Of a stretch of 64,000 bases of DNA, positions 25,322 to 43,363 are shown in pieces (position 1 is the stretch's first letter; each line of letters opens with the position of its first letter). The notes under the pieces were generated by a model that was not told the DNA's origin, made no database searches, and was given only the letters and a program-made list of their open reading frames with translations. Source of the DNA: Catajapyx aquilonaris (taxonomy: Eukaryota). Both the position numbers and the translations under genes were made by a program. The stretch spans positions 62,001 to 126,000 of the forward strand of contig KZ538868.1 in assembly GCA_000934665.2 (NCBI GenBank). The letters run 5' to 3'.

Positions 25322-28300
25322 CAATGCAATGACTCCAGTAACGACTGACAGTTACTAAAAATGTAACATGGTGCTTTTAGTAACATGGCTGCTAAGTAGT
25401 AGGGTCTCACGCAGCTGTCAGTGTCGGTGACCTCTCCTGCAAGTCGTGCGCATTAGCATCAGATACAAATTGTTCTTCTAAATGCAACACTGCAATCCAT
25501 TTATTGAATCCCTCTTTTTATCCTGGTGTCAGCAGCCTGCTGCGAAATAGATCTGCACGAGACGTTGCAGGTTGCACCCACCTTGCATTTTGAAGGTACA
25601 TCACACCGCACGTCATCGTCCCCTGGAAGTAGGAATGTACGGTGTGTGTATAGGGGCCAGAGAGAGCTGTGGAGCGTGAATTAAAAAGTGGGGACGTTAT
25701 CTGGCAGTGGGCTGTGGGTTTTATAGGTGGGATGCATGTCTGCCGTCAGCAGCGATGGCGTATCGGGGCCCGCAGTCCATTCCGCAAAGCAAATTGGCCC
25801 AATGTCCTGGAAGGAGGTACACGCTTAAACGTTTCCTTTGCTTCCGATCCGGCAGCCGCCCTGAGTTACTGCTTCCAACGCCGCCATTCCAGGCTATTAT
25901 CGCCCTCCCCAGCTCCTTATCTCCATTACTACTATTTTTATTACGCAGCTGGCTCCTTGTGCTAGGGACACATGTATCGTACCCCTCTCATCCCAAAGGC
26001 CGGTCTCAGGGCGAGTCTACACAATGACTCCGGACTTCATACGGCACGCAATTTTCTCTATTTCTCAAATAAAATTGTGTGCAATTTTTTTTACTGATAT
26101 TAAGCTGAAACTATACTCATATTATTATTGTAAAGTACTATGAGCCTAGCTTATCACCAGATCAAATGGGGGAAAAATCCCCCCTGTGTCCTAACTTGTG
26201 GATGATTAAGAGGTGAACGTGATTGATAATTGATTGGGCGTGTGAGAAGTCAGGCGTGGAGAAAATAATTGACCGGAGGGGGGATTGTGAAAGAGGATCC
26301 CGCCAGTGAGGGAGGTTGAAAGAGGAGGAGAAGAAGAAAGCAGGAAGATAGGGATGGTGGGCGGATGAGTCTAAGAGTCGGGTGGGCGAGAGAGCGAGAC
26401 GGCTTCGGGTCCGGGAGGTCACCCGAGGGCAACCAGGGGGCATGGTCTCTCTGGTCCTCTCTCCCCCACCCTTTTTCCCATAGCTCTATATATATTATAA
26501 ATGGATGTGTGTGCTGCAGTCGCCATAGTATCTGCTGGCCAATGACGCGCGCTTCCTCTGGGCCGGGATTCACAGCAGCCTTCCGCCGCTTCCGGACATG
26601 ACGTATGCCGGCGCCATTGAAAAACTGCCTGCTTCCGTCTCTGCCGCTGCCCGACCCGACTCTCCGATGCCACCATCACACGTAATGTATACGTGTGAGC
26701 CGGTTTTCCAATTACAAAAGGCCTGCTTCTAAGCCCTGTCAAGGAGTCTAATGGCCAGTTTTAGGCTGGGTGGCGTCCTCTGGGTGATGGATGGCGAAAT
26801 TTGGGCGTGAGGACCATGGACCTCCTGCAGCTTCCTTAACGACGCCTCCCATGGATACCAATCTCGCCTTCAGGAGATAATCTTCGTGGCTTGAGGCTGC
26901 TGGAAGATACAAACAACCGATAGATAAGAAGCCAGTTTCTGGTGTGTTTCCCCCTGTGGTGCTGGGTAAACAGTCCTCTTTCTGCTGTCAACTCCTTCCT
27001 CGGGGGGATCCCGGAGGAATCGTTTTTACGGCGCCAGACTTTTCCAGCAGGATTGCGCCCCAATATTTACGTTTCCCCGGCTATGTAAAAGGCGGCCGCC
27101 GCCGTCTTCTCGATAGGAAGCGCCCTCTTTATAGAGGAATTATGCCAATATGCAGCCATTCAGGATTTCCTAGATTGGATTCAGGAGAAGAAAGGAAGGA
27201 AGGAAAGGAAAGGGAGACTTCCTCAGCTCCTTATTTTCGCCTTCTCAGCTCGGATCGCAGACTTTGCCCTATATCAACTGCAGGGTGGTATACTGACCCA
27301 GTACAAAACAGCCGCACTTTGGAGCAGTGAACCACCCTGTGTGTATGGCCATGCATGGAAAACAGGTTTATTGTTGCTGAATATCGAGTGCGGTGCTTTA
27401 CTACCCCCAGAATGTACGATATGGTTTACGACCAGGTTGGGGAGGATGGAGAACTGGGGGTTAAAACGTGAGTTGGCCATTTTTGCAGGGAGTAGAGTCG
27501 CATAAATCGTTGTGAGTAGTGCTGGCAAGCTCCTTTTCCGGGCCGAGTGGGGTTCCGGTCCCAGTAAGGGCAGTAAATCGGAGGTAGGGAGCGTGGGTTT
27601 AGTTGGTGGGGCGCGGAGCAGAATGGGATGACACGCGACCCGAGCCGCCTTGTGACCTTGCGGACACGGTCAGTTAGTCATCCAGGAACTGATGGAGCCA
27701 ATGTTGCAGAGGGGCACCCGACCGAAACAGGTCCCAACTATCCCCCTCACATCATAATACTCGTAGAGCCATTACTTTCCCCCATTCTCATGCACCAAAA
27801 AAAAAGTAGTGGTGCAAGGATAGTTATGCAATAGTGCAATGTGTGCATGAGAGGCCAAAGACCCATCTAGGGAATTGGAGCTGGTGTGGTCTCTGCTGCT
27901 TCATCCTTGCTGGGGAGAGATGGGTGGGGGGTTGGGAGGGAGGGAGAAGGAGAGAGATGGCGGGACATAATGGATTTGTCGATATCTATGGCTGGGAAGG
28001 AGCCAAGAAGGGAAAAGGGGAAGGAAGAAGAGGCGCGACGCTTCGGAAAGAGGATATTGTAGCTTACAGTCTCATGAATTTGTAGCAAAGTCACGGAGTT
28101 TCCTTATGGACAAGGCGCTTCTCGCTCACCGCATTTACCTTTCTTTCTGGTTCAGAATGCCAATAGGGTCCTCCACCACAGAATATACCAGCATAATTGC
28201 TCTAGTAGGGTGGAAGCAGAAACAAGAGGGGAGCTCTCATTGGAAGAGTGCACCGGCGCGTGTATTAATTGGCAGAGGCCATCTTTGTCCTCCATACTGG

Positions 28301-30771
28301 CTGGACTAATTGGGCCTGGTAATTGCGATGGGTCTTTATAGACTGCGGCACAGACCTTTTGCAGGCGGTTCCTTTTGAAGCGCACCCCATCCTGTCTGGC
28401 CCGATCCAGGTCTATCTGTCTATCCATCTGGGTACTTTGGCCCATCTCTTCTGCTTGGAAGGATTACAATGGGGGCTAATGACGACAATGCGGTTCCCCC
28501 ACAAAAAAATGTGACATCTGCTGGTAGGTGGCAGAAGTCACGATAGTAGTGCGAGTATAGAGTAGGCAGTAATGGTGATGAGCTTATGCAGCAGCCAGCA
28601 GAGACTATTATACTGTAGGCAAGTATAGTGAATGGGGGTGGAGAGGAAGTATGGAGAGAGAGAAGGGGGGTCGAAAATAATAGTAATGGTGGGCGGCAAT
28701 AATCCGGCGGATTTCTGGTGGAAATGTGGAGTGGCGGCCCCTTCCTCGCAAATTTCCCTTGGGCTTGGCAGGAAGGAGGCAGCCCGCCACTTGATTGCCC
28801 CAGCCCCCCAGCGCCAACCACGCAGCAGCCATAGCTATAGACTCCGCTTTATAGTCGGCACCCAGCAGACCCCACTAGACTCATCGTGGTGCTACCCATT
28901 ATGAATTCTGCTCCAATTCGTCATACCAGATGTACGATACACCGGAATAAATCGAGTCGAGTGTACGGATTAGCGATGGTGTATTGTCCCTTGTAGCACC
29001 TAGGGTCTGGATGACCCTAACGTTACGCAGGTCACGCGGCCACTTTTCGTTCCGGTACAGGCCGAAAAGAGGGTCACCCAACCACCCAGCCGTACTTTGT
29101 CAAAAGTGCCGGCGCTTAGCCTGGCAAGAGCATAATCGGGAATTAATTCTGGGGGCAGACGTGGCCAACACGCGAACTGTGCATTATCCTCTGGGGTGAC
29201 ATGATGCAGGGGGATTGTGGTGGGTATATAGGGTGGGTTCGATCCAGGAGAGGGTGGGGGGCAGGCTCTCAACCCCTCGCAGGGTGAAACACATTTTGCC
29301 AAATTGAGTATGAATTTCTAATAGATGTCGGGACTCCGATACTGATTAGTCTAACTTGTGGGTTGAGGTCAGGTTAATCCCATCAGCTGGTGACATAAGT
29401 GAAATCTGTTCATAGCCAGGGGGCCAGGCCCTGAAACAGCGGTCATTGCAGTACAATGCAAGAAATAGTTGTTACAGCACCTGGTCAATATGCATCATTT
29501 CCGATTGATTTATTTGGATTGCTGCTCCAAATTTTAATGGAATAATGACTTGGATTGGTTTGGACCACTTGCAGATTGAGGTTAGGGTCGGAGTTTATAA
29601 AAATAGGATTGCTGAGTATGTGGAGTGCCCAAGTTTGGCTGTGGGCTATAATTCGTTGGGAGAGGGAAATGAAACTGCAAGTTTGAAGTAAGTCCAGAGC
29701 CGGTCTGGAGAAGGGTAGAGAAAGAGAGCGAAGGGAAATGGCGCTGTTAATTCAGGCAAAGAGAAGTGGGCGGAGTCTCCTTACCAACTCTGACAGTTCG
29801 CCAACTACTTGAGTCCATTCCCCCAACTCTAGCCCCCCCACATCCCATCCAACTACCTCTCCCGGCCCACAAACTGATAAACGCAGCTCTTCAACTCCGC
29901 AACTCTCCCAAGTTGAGATAAGGCCAGTAGCGCAATGCTGTCACCACAACCCATTATTCTGTTCAATTCACTGCCTTAAAAACCAACTGTCACCCAACCT
30001 GACATTCCCCCTCCGCAGTAAACATTTTTTGTCCAGCCGCCCTGACGATTACCAGTCCTTTCTCCAAGGTTAGAAATGATCGGCCTCATTTTTTCCCCCC
30101 TTCTTTCAATCTGCATGCAGTTTATGGCACTTTGGGATAGGGGAGGAGCTCAGGAAGTGCAGCATCAATATACTCCCCTCCTCCCCTGCTAGACATTCAG
30201 AGAGAGGTGGTGAGTAAGCAGCCCATAGTGAGCTCGATCCTTTTGGCCCCCAAAAAGAGACACCATCCCCTCCCCCTCAAAAATGCCCAACCCCTCCCCA
30301 GGCAACCCCTCACTGGGCTGGGGACAAAGCCAGTTCCGCCGGAAGGAGAGAGAGAAATGGCGCTGTGACAGCCCACCCGCTACTACCTCCCCCTCCTCTC
30401 TCCCCGCCACCCGCACCACCAGCGACGAACCCACCTCATCCATCAGGAACCACAAGCATCACCCCAAAAAAGAGAGGGATACCATTTAGTAACGTTTATT
30501 TAGGAAAAAACAGCATAAATTAACAGGTAGCAAAAAACTAGGAATGGAATGGCAACATACAATGACGGGGAACAAGACAAAAATATTTTCTCACTTTTTT
30601 GTCACTCACAAGATTCAGGTTAACACGAAAAAGCATGGATGCGAAAATAACTAGCAATTTTTTTACAGTGTCAAATTTGAGTCGGTTAGGGAGATGAGCA
30701 GGCCATGTAACACGTCTTGATATGTTGCACAATGTGAGTTATGTACAATTTTGTGATGCCGTTGAATCCCA

Positions 30772-33700
30772 TCAGGAAATATTGGTGTCAAAGTAGTGTA
30801 GAAGTGAATACGGTGACTTGTGGTCTTCAGACACTAGCATCTCCACCGCTTCTTTCCAGAAGCCAAAACTGATGCGGCAACTCTAAAGAGAGAGAGAAAT
30901 AGAGATTTCAATTCACTTTGCAATCAATAAGTCTAGTCTAAGTCAATAACCATTGCTATGTTTATGAGCACATTTGAATGAGCATTGCAATCTTATTTTT
31001 GGGATGGGGAATTGGTTTTAGTGTACTATCGGACGCAAAAAGAATGTCCGGAGAGAGTCTTCGTTCAGCCTGGTGGAGGCAAATCATTGCACAGATGTGT
31101 ACACACACACACTTGTGTGTACGTCCGTGCTCATCTGCTGAGCTTTTTCCCCTCCTCCCTTAGCTACCCAGGTGCAATGGTTTGCCTCCACCAGGCTGAA
31201 CGAAGACTCTCCCCGGACATTCTTTTTGCGTGCCTATGTACTTCATATACCGTACAAGTTTAGTCTCACTGAGGCTAATTTGCATATGCAGTAATACAAC
31301 ACACAATGACCTGCAGAGTAACTTCAGCTCACCTTCTCAAGGCTGGAGCAATCCTTATCCTTGTGTAGGTAGTGCTCCTGCCAGAACAGCAGCAGGTCCC
31401 TAAAGTTCTTCAGCAGCATAGGCCCTGACTGATCCACCGCCATGAGAGGTGGATCACTTCCCTCCCCATCAGGCAAACCCCGATGAGGGTCCTTCAGAAG
31501 GCTCTGCAGTGCTGAGAGGTAATCACCTAGTTGCCCTTTCTGCTGGGACAGCATCAACATCACCAGGGATGTGTTCAGGCATGATATGTTCTCTTGAGTG
31601 AGAGTATCCACAGTGATTATGCTGACCAACCGCACCAAATAACGTAACAGTTGGTTTCGCCCTAAAAAGTGACGCAGGAGGCAGCAGTTCTCACAAAGTT
31701 GAATCCCTTCTGCACCACGTTGCTCCTGTAAGCCACAATTTCGACATAAGTGAATGCATCAAAAGGTGGTTGGTTTTATCCAAAAATTGCAACAGATCAC
31801 ATTTAAAAATAGAACTTATTATTCCACCCCTTACCTGGAAGTAGTGAACTGAAAGAACTACGCTGCGAATAAACATGTTGGAGTCAACCAGGTTAGAATT
31901 GACCACACTAATAAGCTTGCGGGCCTTGTCCCCAACGGAGAGCATGGTGGACATGCGTTGGAAGGCATCCATGTTGAATTTGACCAACTCCCCAAGCAGG
32001 TCAAAGCTGGACTGGAGGATCTCTTTGTGCTGCCACTCCACCCGCAGGAGACTGCCCAAGACATGCTGCAGCAGACCTCTGCGCAAGAGAAAAGCTTGCT
32101 CTGCAGGGCTGCAACTCCCGCGCAGGAATGACTCAACTGCACGGCACAACCAGAACCGGAATGTGGAAGCCGATGTCTCATGTTTCAGGACCTCCAGAAC
32201 CTGGATATACAGAAGTTTCAACATTTTATTCACACATACAGGAACTCAAATGACCAGGGCATTAATAGTTATTTATCACTGACTTCATTTGACACTGACA
32301 TCATTTGACACTGACATGTGCAACAGTCACTATTTCTTCAGCGTTTTCAAGATGAAATCATGGGAGTTAAACTGGGCAAGATCAGGAAGCATAACCGGAA
32401 GAAAATTTTAACGTGAAGGAGAACTGAGGATACACTTTCACCAGAGCTCCCATGAATTACAGCTGAACCTAACATGACCTGTCACGAGTCTAAACCTATT
32501 GGAAAATCCTTATCATGAGGAAAAACTGGAAGATGGTTTCAAGAAAATAAGCACATTGTAAGCCTCCTTACTTTTGACAAAAGTCCCTCTGTTCCCCGGC
32601 ACATGAGCTGGCCAGGAGGTGCTGTGGGAAGTGTTGCTCCATCACCATATTGGCTCAACTCAGACCACTCTGGTGGTGACAAAAGGAGGTGTTTGTGCTC
32701 CCCACTGTCACAAAAGCTGTGCACTAGGCGCAGGAACTGAATCTTAAGTGCCACCTCAGGACTGCACTCGCATCCACTGTGGTGACCTGGGAGGCGGCTA
32801 CGCTGCTTCCCGCGCCATATAAACTGGTCAAAGAGCTGGTTCATCCTCTGCACAAATCCCATCTGGGCTAGCTGGGCCTGAACTTGGCGTCTCTGACGAC
32901 CAACCAGTAACAGGCCTAAGACATACACAACCTCAACCCGCAGGACCAAATCGCTGCTCATGCGACTGCGAGCGAGGGCAGCTGTTCCAAGTGAAGGCGT
33001 AGTCAAGCATCCACCAGTCACAGTCCAATCCATGGCATCTGCAGCGGCACTGCTGCTGGGTGAAGCTGACCTAAGGTCATCTGCAATACGGTCGTCAATC
33101 CATCGCATCCAGTGATCTATTTCACTTGATAAGAGCGGATATCGAGGGCTGTATGGGAGGCGGCAGGCGTACTCTGCCAGTTTTGATACTAGGCCTGGGA
33201 CGCTGAGAAGGAACTCCTGGTTGAGGTCACGTGTTGATTGGTATCCCTCACTCTGTTTCATCTTGTTCTGGGCATACACTGCAAATGATGATAAAATAAC
33301 TCCATTATTGAAGTTTTAATCAGGAACACTTTGCAAGTGTTGTGTATCATTAAGATCTATTGAATTTCTCACCTCACTATGCAATTGCCAGTAAATGAAT
33401 CAAACGTTTTCATGTAAAATCAATCATGCACTTAGCCTGAATGTCTTTGTTGATGTCCTCATTTCATACATTGAGGCATTTTTACCATAAAAAAACAACT
33501 GGCAAAAGTTGTGAATCATTTTAGGATTACTTGCATGATTGTTAAAAAAAAAAAACTTTTCACTACCTGCCACACAACCTGGCCAAAATAGTCCAATGCT
33601 AAATACGGTCCTACACCCAGTTATATTCAATGACTCACAATGAAAAGACAATAGAGTTTTACCCTAAGGACCAGATGCACTTGACATTATTTTGGTCCTA

Positions 33701-36700
33701 GTGGGATAAAAGCCTATTCCTTAATTACCTGAGTGGTATGGTGGAAAAACTTCATAACCCTCAAAAGTGTAACTTTCAGGAGAGCGAATTTAAATTTGTA
33801 TTCTCTTCACAAATCATAGGGCATTTGTGTTATGATCTAGTCCATGTTGCCATCTTGTGCACGATAACACTAACTCGGAGTATACCAAACTGTTTGTCAT
33901 GTTTTTTGCATAGTTGCTACATGTTCAAGTAAAAATTGACAAAAATTAGGGTTATGAAGTTTCTCCATCACACCCCTCACCTCTTCTCACGCACATCTGC
34001 CCCCTCTAGCATCATGCATTTGCAAGTGGGTTGTCATTGAAATGCATTAACTTTAACTACTTCCTGCGGCCGACCTATTCAGGTAGTGATCCATTTCAAG
34101 CTTCATTTCTCGCATTGTAAATTCTTAACCAGCACTTTCTTCACACTCTAATGTGCTGATAGTTACATTTCATTCCAACTCCAATCTGAAGTACTTCATG
34201 GAATAATCACATAGAGGAAAAAAAAGCCAACCTCTGAAGATTTTGTGACTATTTCAACCTGTTTGAAAACTTTTTTTATGACAATATCAAAAATTTACCA
34301 TCACATGCTCTTAAATTCACACACTTTTACATATACTCCAGGACATGAACAAATGCTCCCTTCACCGTAGGTTGAACTGAAATGACATTGTCTTCATCAA
34401 AGTTCAGTGACAATCAGGGTAGCAGTTAATGCCTTCAGGAATTTTTTTCATCTCTTCAGTAACAATGAATCTTGCATTGCTATATTGAACAAAATACACT
34501 CCTTTGTAATATCAGGAGAGATAAGGAAAGGATAGTGTATCTGCACATGCAAGGTTTTTTCAAACTGTTTTAAAGCTGCAGCAGTTGCTTTGGGCTTCTA
34601 CACATTACTATTTGCAATAATAATATTACTATGAAGGCTTCACCTAAGATAAACTATGGGATCTCCCCAGTAATAAGTGCCTGGATTATGCAACAAGCTC
34701 AATCTACCTGTATGTGACCCCTGCTTCATCGTCACACTCCAGGTATTACAAAATTGAGTTCCATTTTGAGGGCATACCAACAGTCTAGCAATGGAAGGGG
34801 TTTCTCGTAGATGTAACAGGAAACCTAGAGTTTCGTCTAATTATGACTTCATTACAGAATGATACAAGTACATACTACTTCTAAATATAACTCAGAAGGT
34901 ACATGCACACACGTTGGTATGAAATAATTTAAAGGCGAGCTTTCTAAAGATATCTCGAGGCAAACTGAAGGATTTAGATTGACTCCTCCGTCAGACGGAG
35001 CCAAAGAAAGGTCCGAGAACATTGAAATAAGACCCATACAGTTTAGAATCCTACTATGTAACAAGGTTATCAGTTATCACATTACATACATGAGGAGCGG
35101 TTTTCAAACATATCCAGATCCGAGATGGTGACAGCCAGCACTGGACAGAACTGTGCTACTTGATTGACATCTAGATTGGCCAACAGTTGCCTTAGGTGGG
35201 CTGAAAGGGAAAAATGCTCACATTATATTCTCAAACGACATGGAGATGAAAAATAACAATTGGTACTTACGGACAGTGCTGAGCTGCAGCACATCCTTGC
35301 GAAGTAGGACCAGCTGTTCTATGAATTCGGAAGCAGTCTGTGCCAACATTGAATGTGACAGGAGTTGGAAGCAGTAATGCAGAACATCATCCGTCTGAAT
35401 CAAATACTGCGCCACTTGTACCTCCTGCAAATGCAAGTCATGATTACAATTACCTTATCGGTGTGGATGGTACTATTTGCAAACAATATAAAAATGGTTG
35501 CAATATGTAGCTCGAGTAAAAACCAACTTTCACAAATCTTTGGTGGCAGCCTATTTAAAAATATTACTAGCAAAGGATATATGGGAGGAATAGGAACCAC
35601 ACTGATGAAGCATGGGACCAGGACTGGTAAGTAAACAGACCTGTCGGACTCATGATCATCCACCATCTCAACCAGGCAGAGTTACAATACAGGGTTGCGT
35701 AACAGAGAGGGGTATGCCCACTGTATGCTTACCACAATGCAAAGTCGTCTGAGCACCTCCAGGCAGAGGCATTTGATCTTCAGCAACTCTTCTTGATTCC
35801 TCACTGCCCCACCAGTGGGTGCTCTTGGGAGCAAATCCTCTGCAGTTAAGACACCCAGAAATATGGGGACCATCTTGCAAGCATATAGGTCCTGGGCCAG
35901 CCTTGGATATACCTCTGGTGGCCCTGGAGCTGATGATGCATTGGAGCCCCCGGAAGAAGGTGGATTGCGGTCTTCACGCTCCAACCAGGAAGAGGAAGCA
36001 TCCCGCTCTAAGAATTGCAACTGGTCTAAAACCAGACGTAGGTGTGACTGGATTGTCTCTGCATCGGGCCCTTGCTGTGTGGCTGCTTTTGCTAGGCCTA
36101 CTAGAGCTGGAAGTAGAACTGGTGGGAACTCAGGAGACTTGCTTCCTTCCAGGCAGGTTCCTGGAACCTACATAAAAGAGAAAAGTTACTGTCTGACATG
36201 TGCAACATATTCTGCACTACTGGTATAATTATATTCCTAGTTTGTCTCACCTTAATTGCAAAAAGTCCATCATGTATCTTATTTTCTCAAATTACCTGGT
36301 GGTAATATCCCAACACCCCAATTGGGACAGACTGGAGTTGTGGTATGCATGGATTTTACCTTTGGATTTTGTCCAGAATACCTTGGCGTGATATTCTAGG
36401 AATGCATGACTAGAAACGGTTCTCTCCTGACTCAAGGAATGCACATTCACTTGAAGAATTTGGCAGGCCAAGGATGAGAATTTCTGGTCAAAATGCAGCA
36501 AAACCTGTCTGTAGCCACTCCATTCCACGCAATTTTTTTTTTTGCATTGGGCATGGTTTAAGCCACATGTGACAGAACTACATTGTGAATCTTGCACCAA
36601 GACCCAACACAAGTTCTGTAATGGACATGCTTCTGCTGCATCCACAGCCTGTTCAGGGCAGGTTTACTGCGTTTTATGTTTCGGATATGGTCTTGGTTTA

Positions 36701-37117
36701 TTATTGGCGCAATATGGTAATAACTATAAAACTGGTACCGTACCTCATGTATTGTGCTATCTAATGAAACAAGACGAGCTCCCTCCCACCATGATTGGCA
36801 TATAACGGACTTGTTATCTATTATTTACCTACTGGGTAGGCCAAACAGCCCACCGAGGGAGGCATTAACAGTGATCACACGGCACAAAAGATAGGATATC
36901 TCGGCCTGCACTTCTAGTCTGCAGCTTCCGCAAATGGGAAAATTACTTTTTGCACAACAACTGGTGCATGATGTGGTTCAAACATGATTTGCAGCCAGTT
37001 GATCCTCACCTGTATGATTGAATCCATTCCCCTTCCCGTGATGGCCCCTGCGAGGACCCTGTTGGTGACATTGCCCTGCCCTCCGAATGCCCGTCTGTAG
37101 ATGCACCTCGTAGCCAT
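30772..37117 (-). CDS. TRPC4AP: Short transient receptor potential channel 4-associated protein (TRUSS; DDB1-CUL4 substrate receptor)
   Basis: Eight phase-consistent GT-AG exons: 37117-37010, 36167-35733, 35424-35271, 35200-35090, 33278-32572, 32200-31835, 31725-31333, 30882-30772, giving 794 aa. Diagnostic motifs: CECSPEVALKIQFLRLVHSFCD, FRFWLCRAVESFLRG, LQSSFDLLGELVKFN, LVDSNMFIR, LTQENISCLNTSLV, NFRDLLLFWQEHYLHKDKDCSSLE. Confidence 0.93.
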
Positions 37118-37496
37118 TCCGTCCGACCAAAATTCGGGACTCGGCTTGTCCTCCTGCTTGGGTGGATGGGGATGCAGCCGATGTGTCCGCCCGAGAAGGG
37201 GATGCTGCGGAGGCTGGGGAGGAAGGTGAGGCCCGCAAGGACAGAAAGCTCCTTCAACAACAATAATAGGGGGCGGCCATCATGCGTCTGACTGGGGAGG
37301 AGGGAATGGAAGGAGAGGGAGGAGAGGGAACAGGAGGAGAAGGGGTAGGCAGGAACGGGAGAGAGAAAAAAAAGCGGAAAAAAGGCATTGGGATTTGTAG
37401 AGCAATTAAAAACTCAGATATTAAATAATGCGGTTAATTTGAACGTCAAATCTTCGCATAAATGCTGTGCTGCCATCTGGACTTCATTTAGCACCA

Positions 37497-37504
37497 TGAC
37501 GTCA
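37497..37504. promoter_or_regulatory. CRE/ATF palindrome upstream of TRPC4AP
   Basis: TGACGTCA about 380 nt upstream of the TRPC4AP ATG. Function is not demonstrated. Confidence 0.35.
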
Positions 37505-38254
37505 CTCACAAAAATAGATAGTGTTGTACAGTTGTACACTTGGTTGTAATACCGTGGTTGTATATCGTAGTGGAAGAGCATGGGTCATAAACTAATTACA
37601 CTAAAATTCCTAGTAAATTTTAGGTTGCCGAAAATTTGGGAGCTGTGTAGTTACGTCCATTTTTGCGTGGGGAAACAACTGCATGTTCGAGAGATGCCCA
37701 TGCTGTGATATTTTTTGAAATGCCATATAATAATGTGCGTACATCAATTACATGGGTGTAGACCTGCCCCCCCNNNNNNCCCCCCAAAAAAAAAAGCCTC
37801 TGCATAACATACATTTAAGGAGGACCTCGTAAATGAGGTATTGCAAAGATGTTTAACATGGTTCTCCTCAGGTGCAGGAAGAGTCCGTCACCAATTGTAC
37901 TGCTTGCCCAATGAAGTTGGAACTTGGAAGATTCATTAAATTGGTCCCCATATGCACTTCATCGAGGGCAAATCTTCTGGTCCATAATTTGCTTTGAAAT
38001 GCGAATTGAAATGCTTATCTGAGACATACATTTTAAGATCTGCTTGAAAACACCACAATCTCAGAAACCATTGGCCACCTGAAATGGATGAAAGAAAAAC
38101 CGAATGCATACAATTCCTTTGTCCTTGTATATCCATGTATAATTTTCACATAAGAGAGTTCGTTTACATGATTTTTCTATTCAAGTACACAAAGTCAGAC
38201 ATAATACAAAGGTGGGTGATCCTCAGTCACCCCTGTGAAGAAGTCGGGGTCAAC

Positions 38255-41557
<3,303 letters not shown>

Positions 41558-41998
41558 TGCTCCCTCCTCCCTGACTGCCTCGACCCTGATGGTGCTGACG
41601 GCCGTCCACAACCCAGCCAGCAGTCCCTACGAAACGGAGGAGGGCTCCAGAGAGATGGACCGACGCAGGCGACGCTTCTTCTCCGGCGCCTCCAGAGTCC
41701 AGACACCCAAAAGCAGGCCGGCGTCCCCTCTCAACTGCAAAACAACTAAACAAGTAAAAGAAAGACGAGTTGACCACAGGAGGGCCACAGGGGTCGTCAT
41801 AAAGAGTATCGGATCTCAATATCGATTAACCTGCACTTCCGATACATAACGTCAGATCATATAACATAAGTACTTTTAAGCGAACGAAATGGCTCGGTTG
41901 CATCAGTGAAGAGAAAAAAGTGAAATAACCTCGCTATTTGTTGCGTTGTTTAAAGTACATTTTGCATATGTTGATATATTAATGTCGAGTAATCCTCG

Positions 41999-42022
41999 CA
42001 TCGATATATTTACATATCGATA
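41999..42022. promoter_or_regulatory. DRE (DREF-binding) motifs in the NUDT21/MCPH1 divergent promoter region
   Basis: Perfect TATCGATA at 42015-42022, near-match CATCGATA at 41999-42006, and another TATCGATT near 41820. DRE motifs are typical of insect housekeeping promoters. Confidence 0.6.
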
Positions 42023-42527
42023 TCTCTGAAGATGCGGAGATGCGGAGAAAGGTGCTTTATATACATACACTCGCCGAGTGATGGCGCGTAGGTTTTTTTT
42101 TTTTCATTTTGTCGATTATTTATTTATTTATTTATTTGGAGGAGGAACTTGCACCGGTGTAAATTTTACGGTTCATGTTTATTACAAAACGCAAAAGAAC
42201 AGATTTCAGTTGGACGCAAAATGGCTGCCACTTCTGGCGCTCTTATTCAAATGTAGGTTGTGTTCTTCAAACCGTTTGATGTAAAATGAACCATTTTTTT
42301 TTTCTCACTCTCAGTAACATATTTTGTCTTAAAATAGGAAGTGTAGGTAATGTAGGCTTGCACTTGCATGTCGGACAGCACAAATAGTCTAATTCTTGTT
42401 CATGTCTGTATGCACTTGAGATGTGTACGTTTACGCATGCACGTACACATCTGATGATCTGAAATGACTGTCAGCCTGCAGCTATATGGTTCGTGCCTCA
42501 TATTTAGTAAATTAATATCATCTAGTT

Positions 42528-42815
42528 CAGTGCTTCCTTTTTTTCTTCTTCTTCTTTGGCGACCCCAAAATAATCGATTCGTAAAAATAATGTGCATATT
42601 TTCTTGATACCTCAACAGGAAAAGACAGGTAGGTAAACCTGCCCAGCACCGAAATGAAAATCATTGACAACTACTATTATCGAGTATCTGAATTGCTCTG
42701 TACGAGCTGGTACTTAACTTACCTTATGGGCATAATTTTCGTGAATCATTTGTGAAAATAATTTGTTACCCTTTCTCGAGACTGGGGGTCGCGACCAACA
42801 GTTTGGGAAGCCCTG
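42528..42815. mobile_element. hAT/Charlie-like MITE
   Basis: Ends CAGTGCTTCC...GGCGACCCC and GGGGTCGCGACC...GGAAGCCCTG. The 8-bp flanks ATCTAGTT / CTCTAGAT approximate the Charlie NTCTAGAN target preference. Confidence 0.7.
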
Positions 42816-43355
42816 CTCTAGATTTATGATCCTCGTTAACATTTTTTGGGTGGGCAATACAAACATTTTATACCGTTAGAACTAAAATCTATAGCAGAAA
42901 GGTTGTTTTTCATTTTTATATTCTTATATAGCAATCATGCAAGGGTCGTCCATTACTAGTATGTTATTGTTATTCACCACTGTGCCTATCCCTCAGAACA
43001 TATCTATAGACATATACCAATAACATAAGTGGCCTATCTGACGTCAGAATATGACTGACCATGATTTCATAACTGCGGTATTATTTCACTCCGTATTATT
43101 CACGATTTCACTCATTATTATATTCCCGCCTGTTGTATTACTCATTGTGCTAGTAATTTGGGGGACCCCTCCTCTCCACCCGGGTTGCAACCCGGGGCTA
43201 AGCAACAAAGTCAAAACACCACTGTGAAGCAATGCTCATAAATATATCATTTTTCGTATGGTCATACAGCCTTTTGCAGGTTGTGCACGGTGTTGACTCA
43301 AAATGTCTGCGCAACGTTGCCATGTCAAGTGATTTTTCCCTAGTGCGCCTGCGCG

Positions 43356-43363
43356 TGACGTCA
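43356..43363. promoter_or_regulatory. CRE/ATF palindrome at the MCPH1 promoter (second copy at 43039-43046)
   Basis: TGACGTCA in CpG-rich sequence just upstream of the putative non-coding first exon, which ends at the donor 43554|GTAAGG. Confidence 0.45.

Noticed and set aside
29225..29250. B-box-like GGGTTCGATCC
   Set aside because: No matching A box or cloverleaf could be built.
32285..32317. 16-nt tandem duplication (also a 12-nt one near 25099-25122) as a CRISPR-like array
   Set aside because: Only two adjacent copies with no spacers. These are ordinary slippage duplications in a eukaryotic genome.
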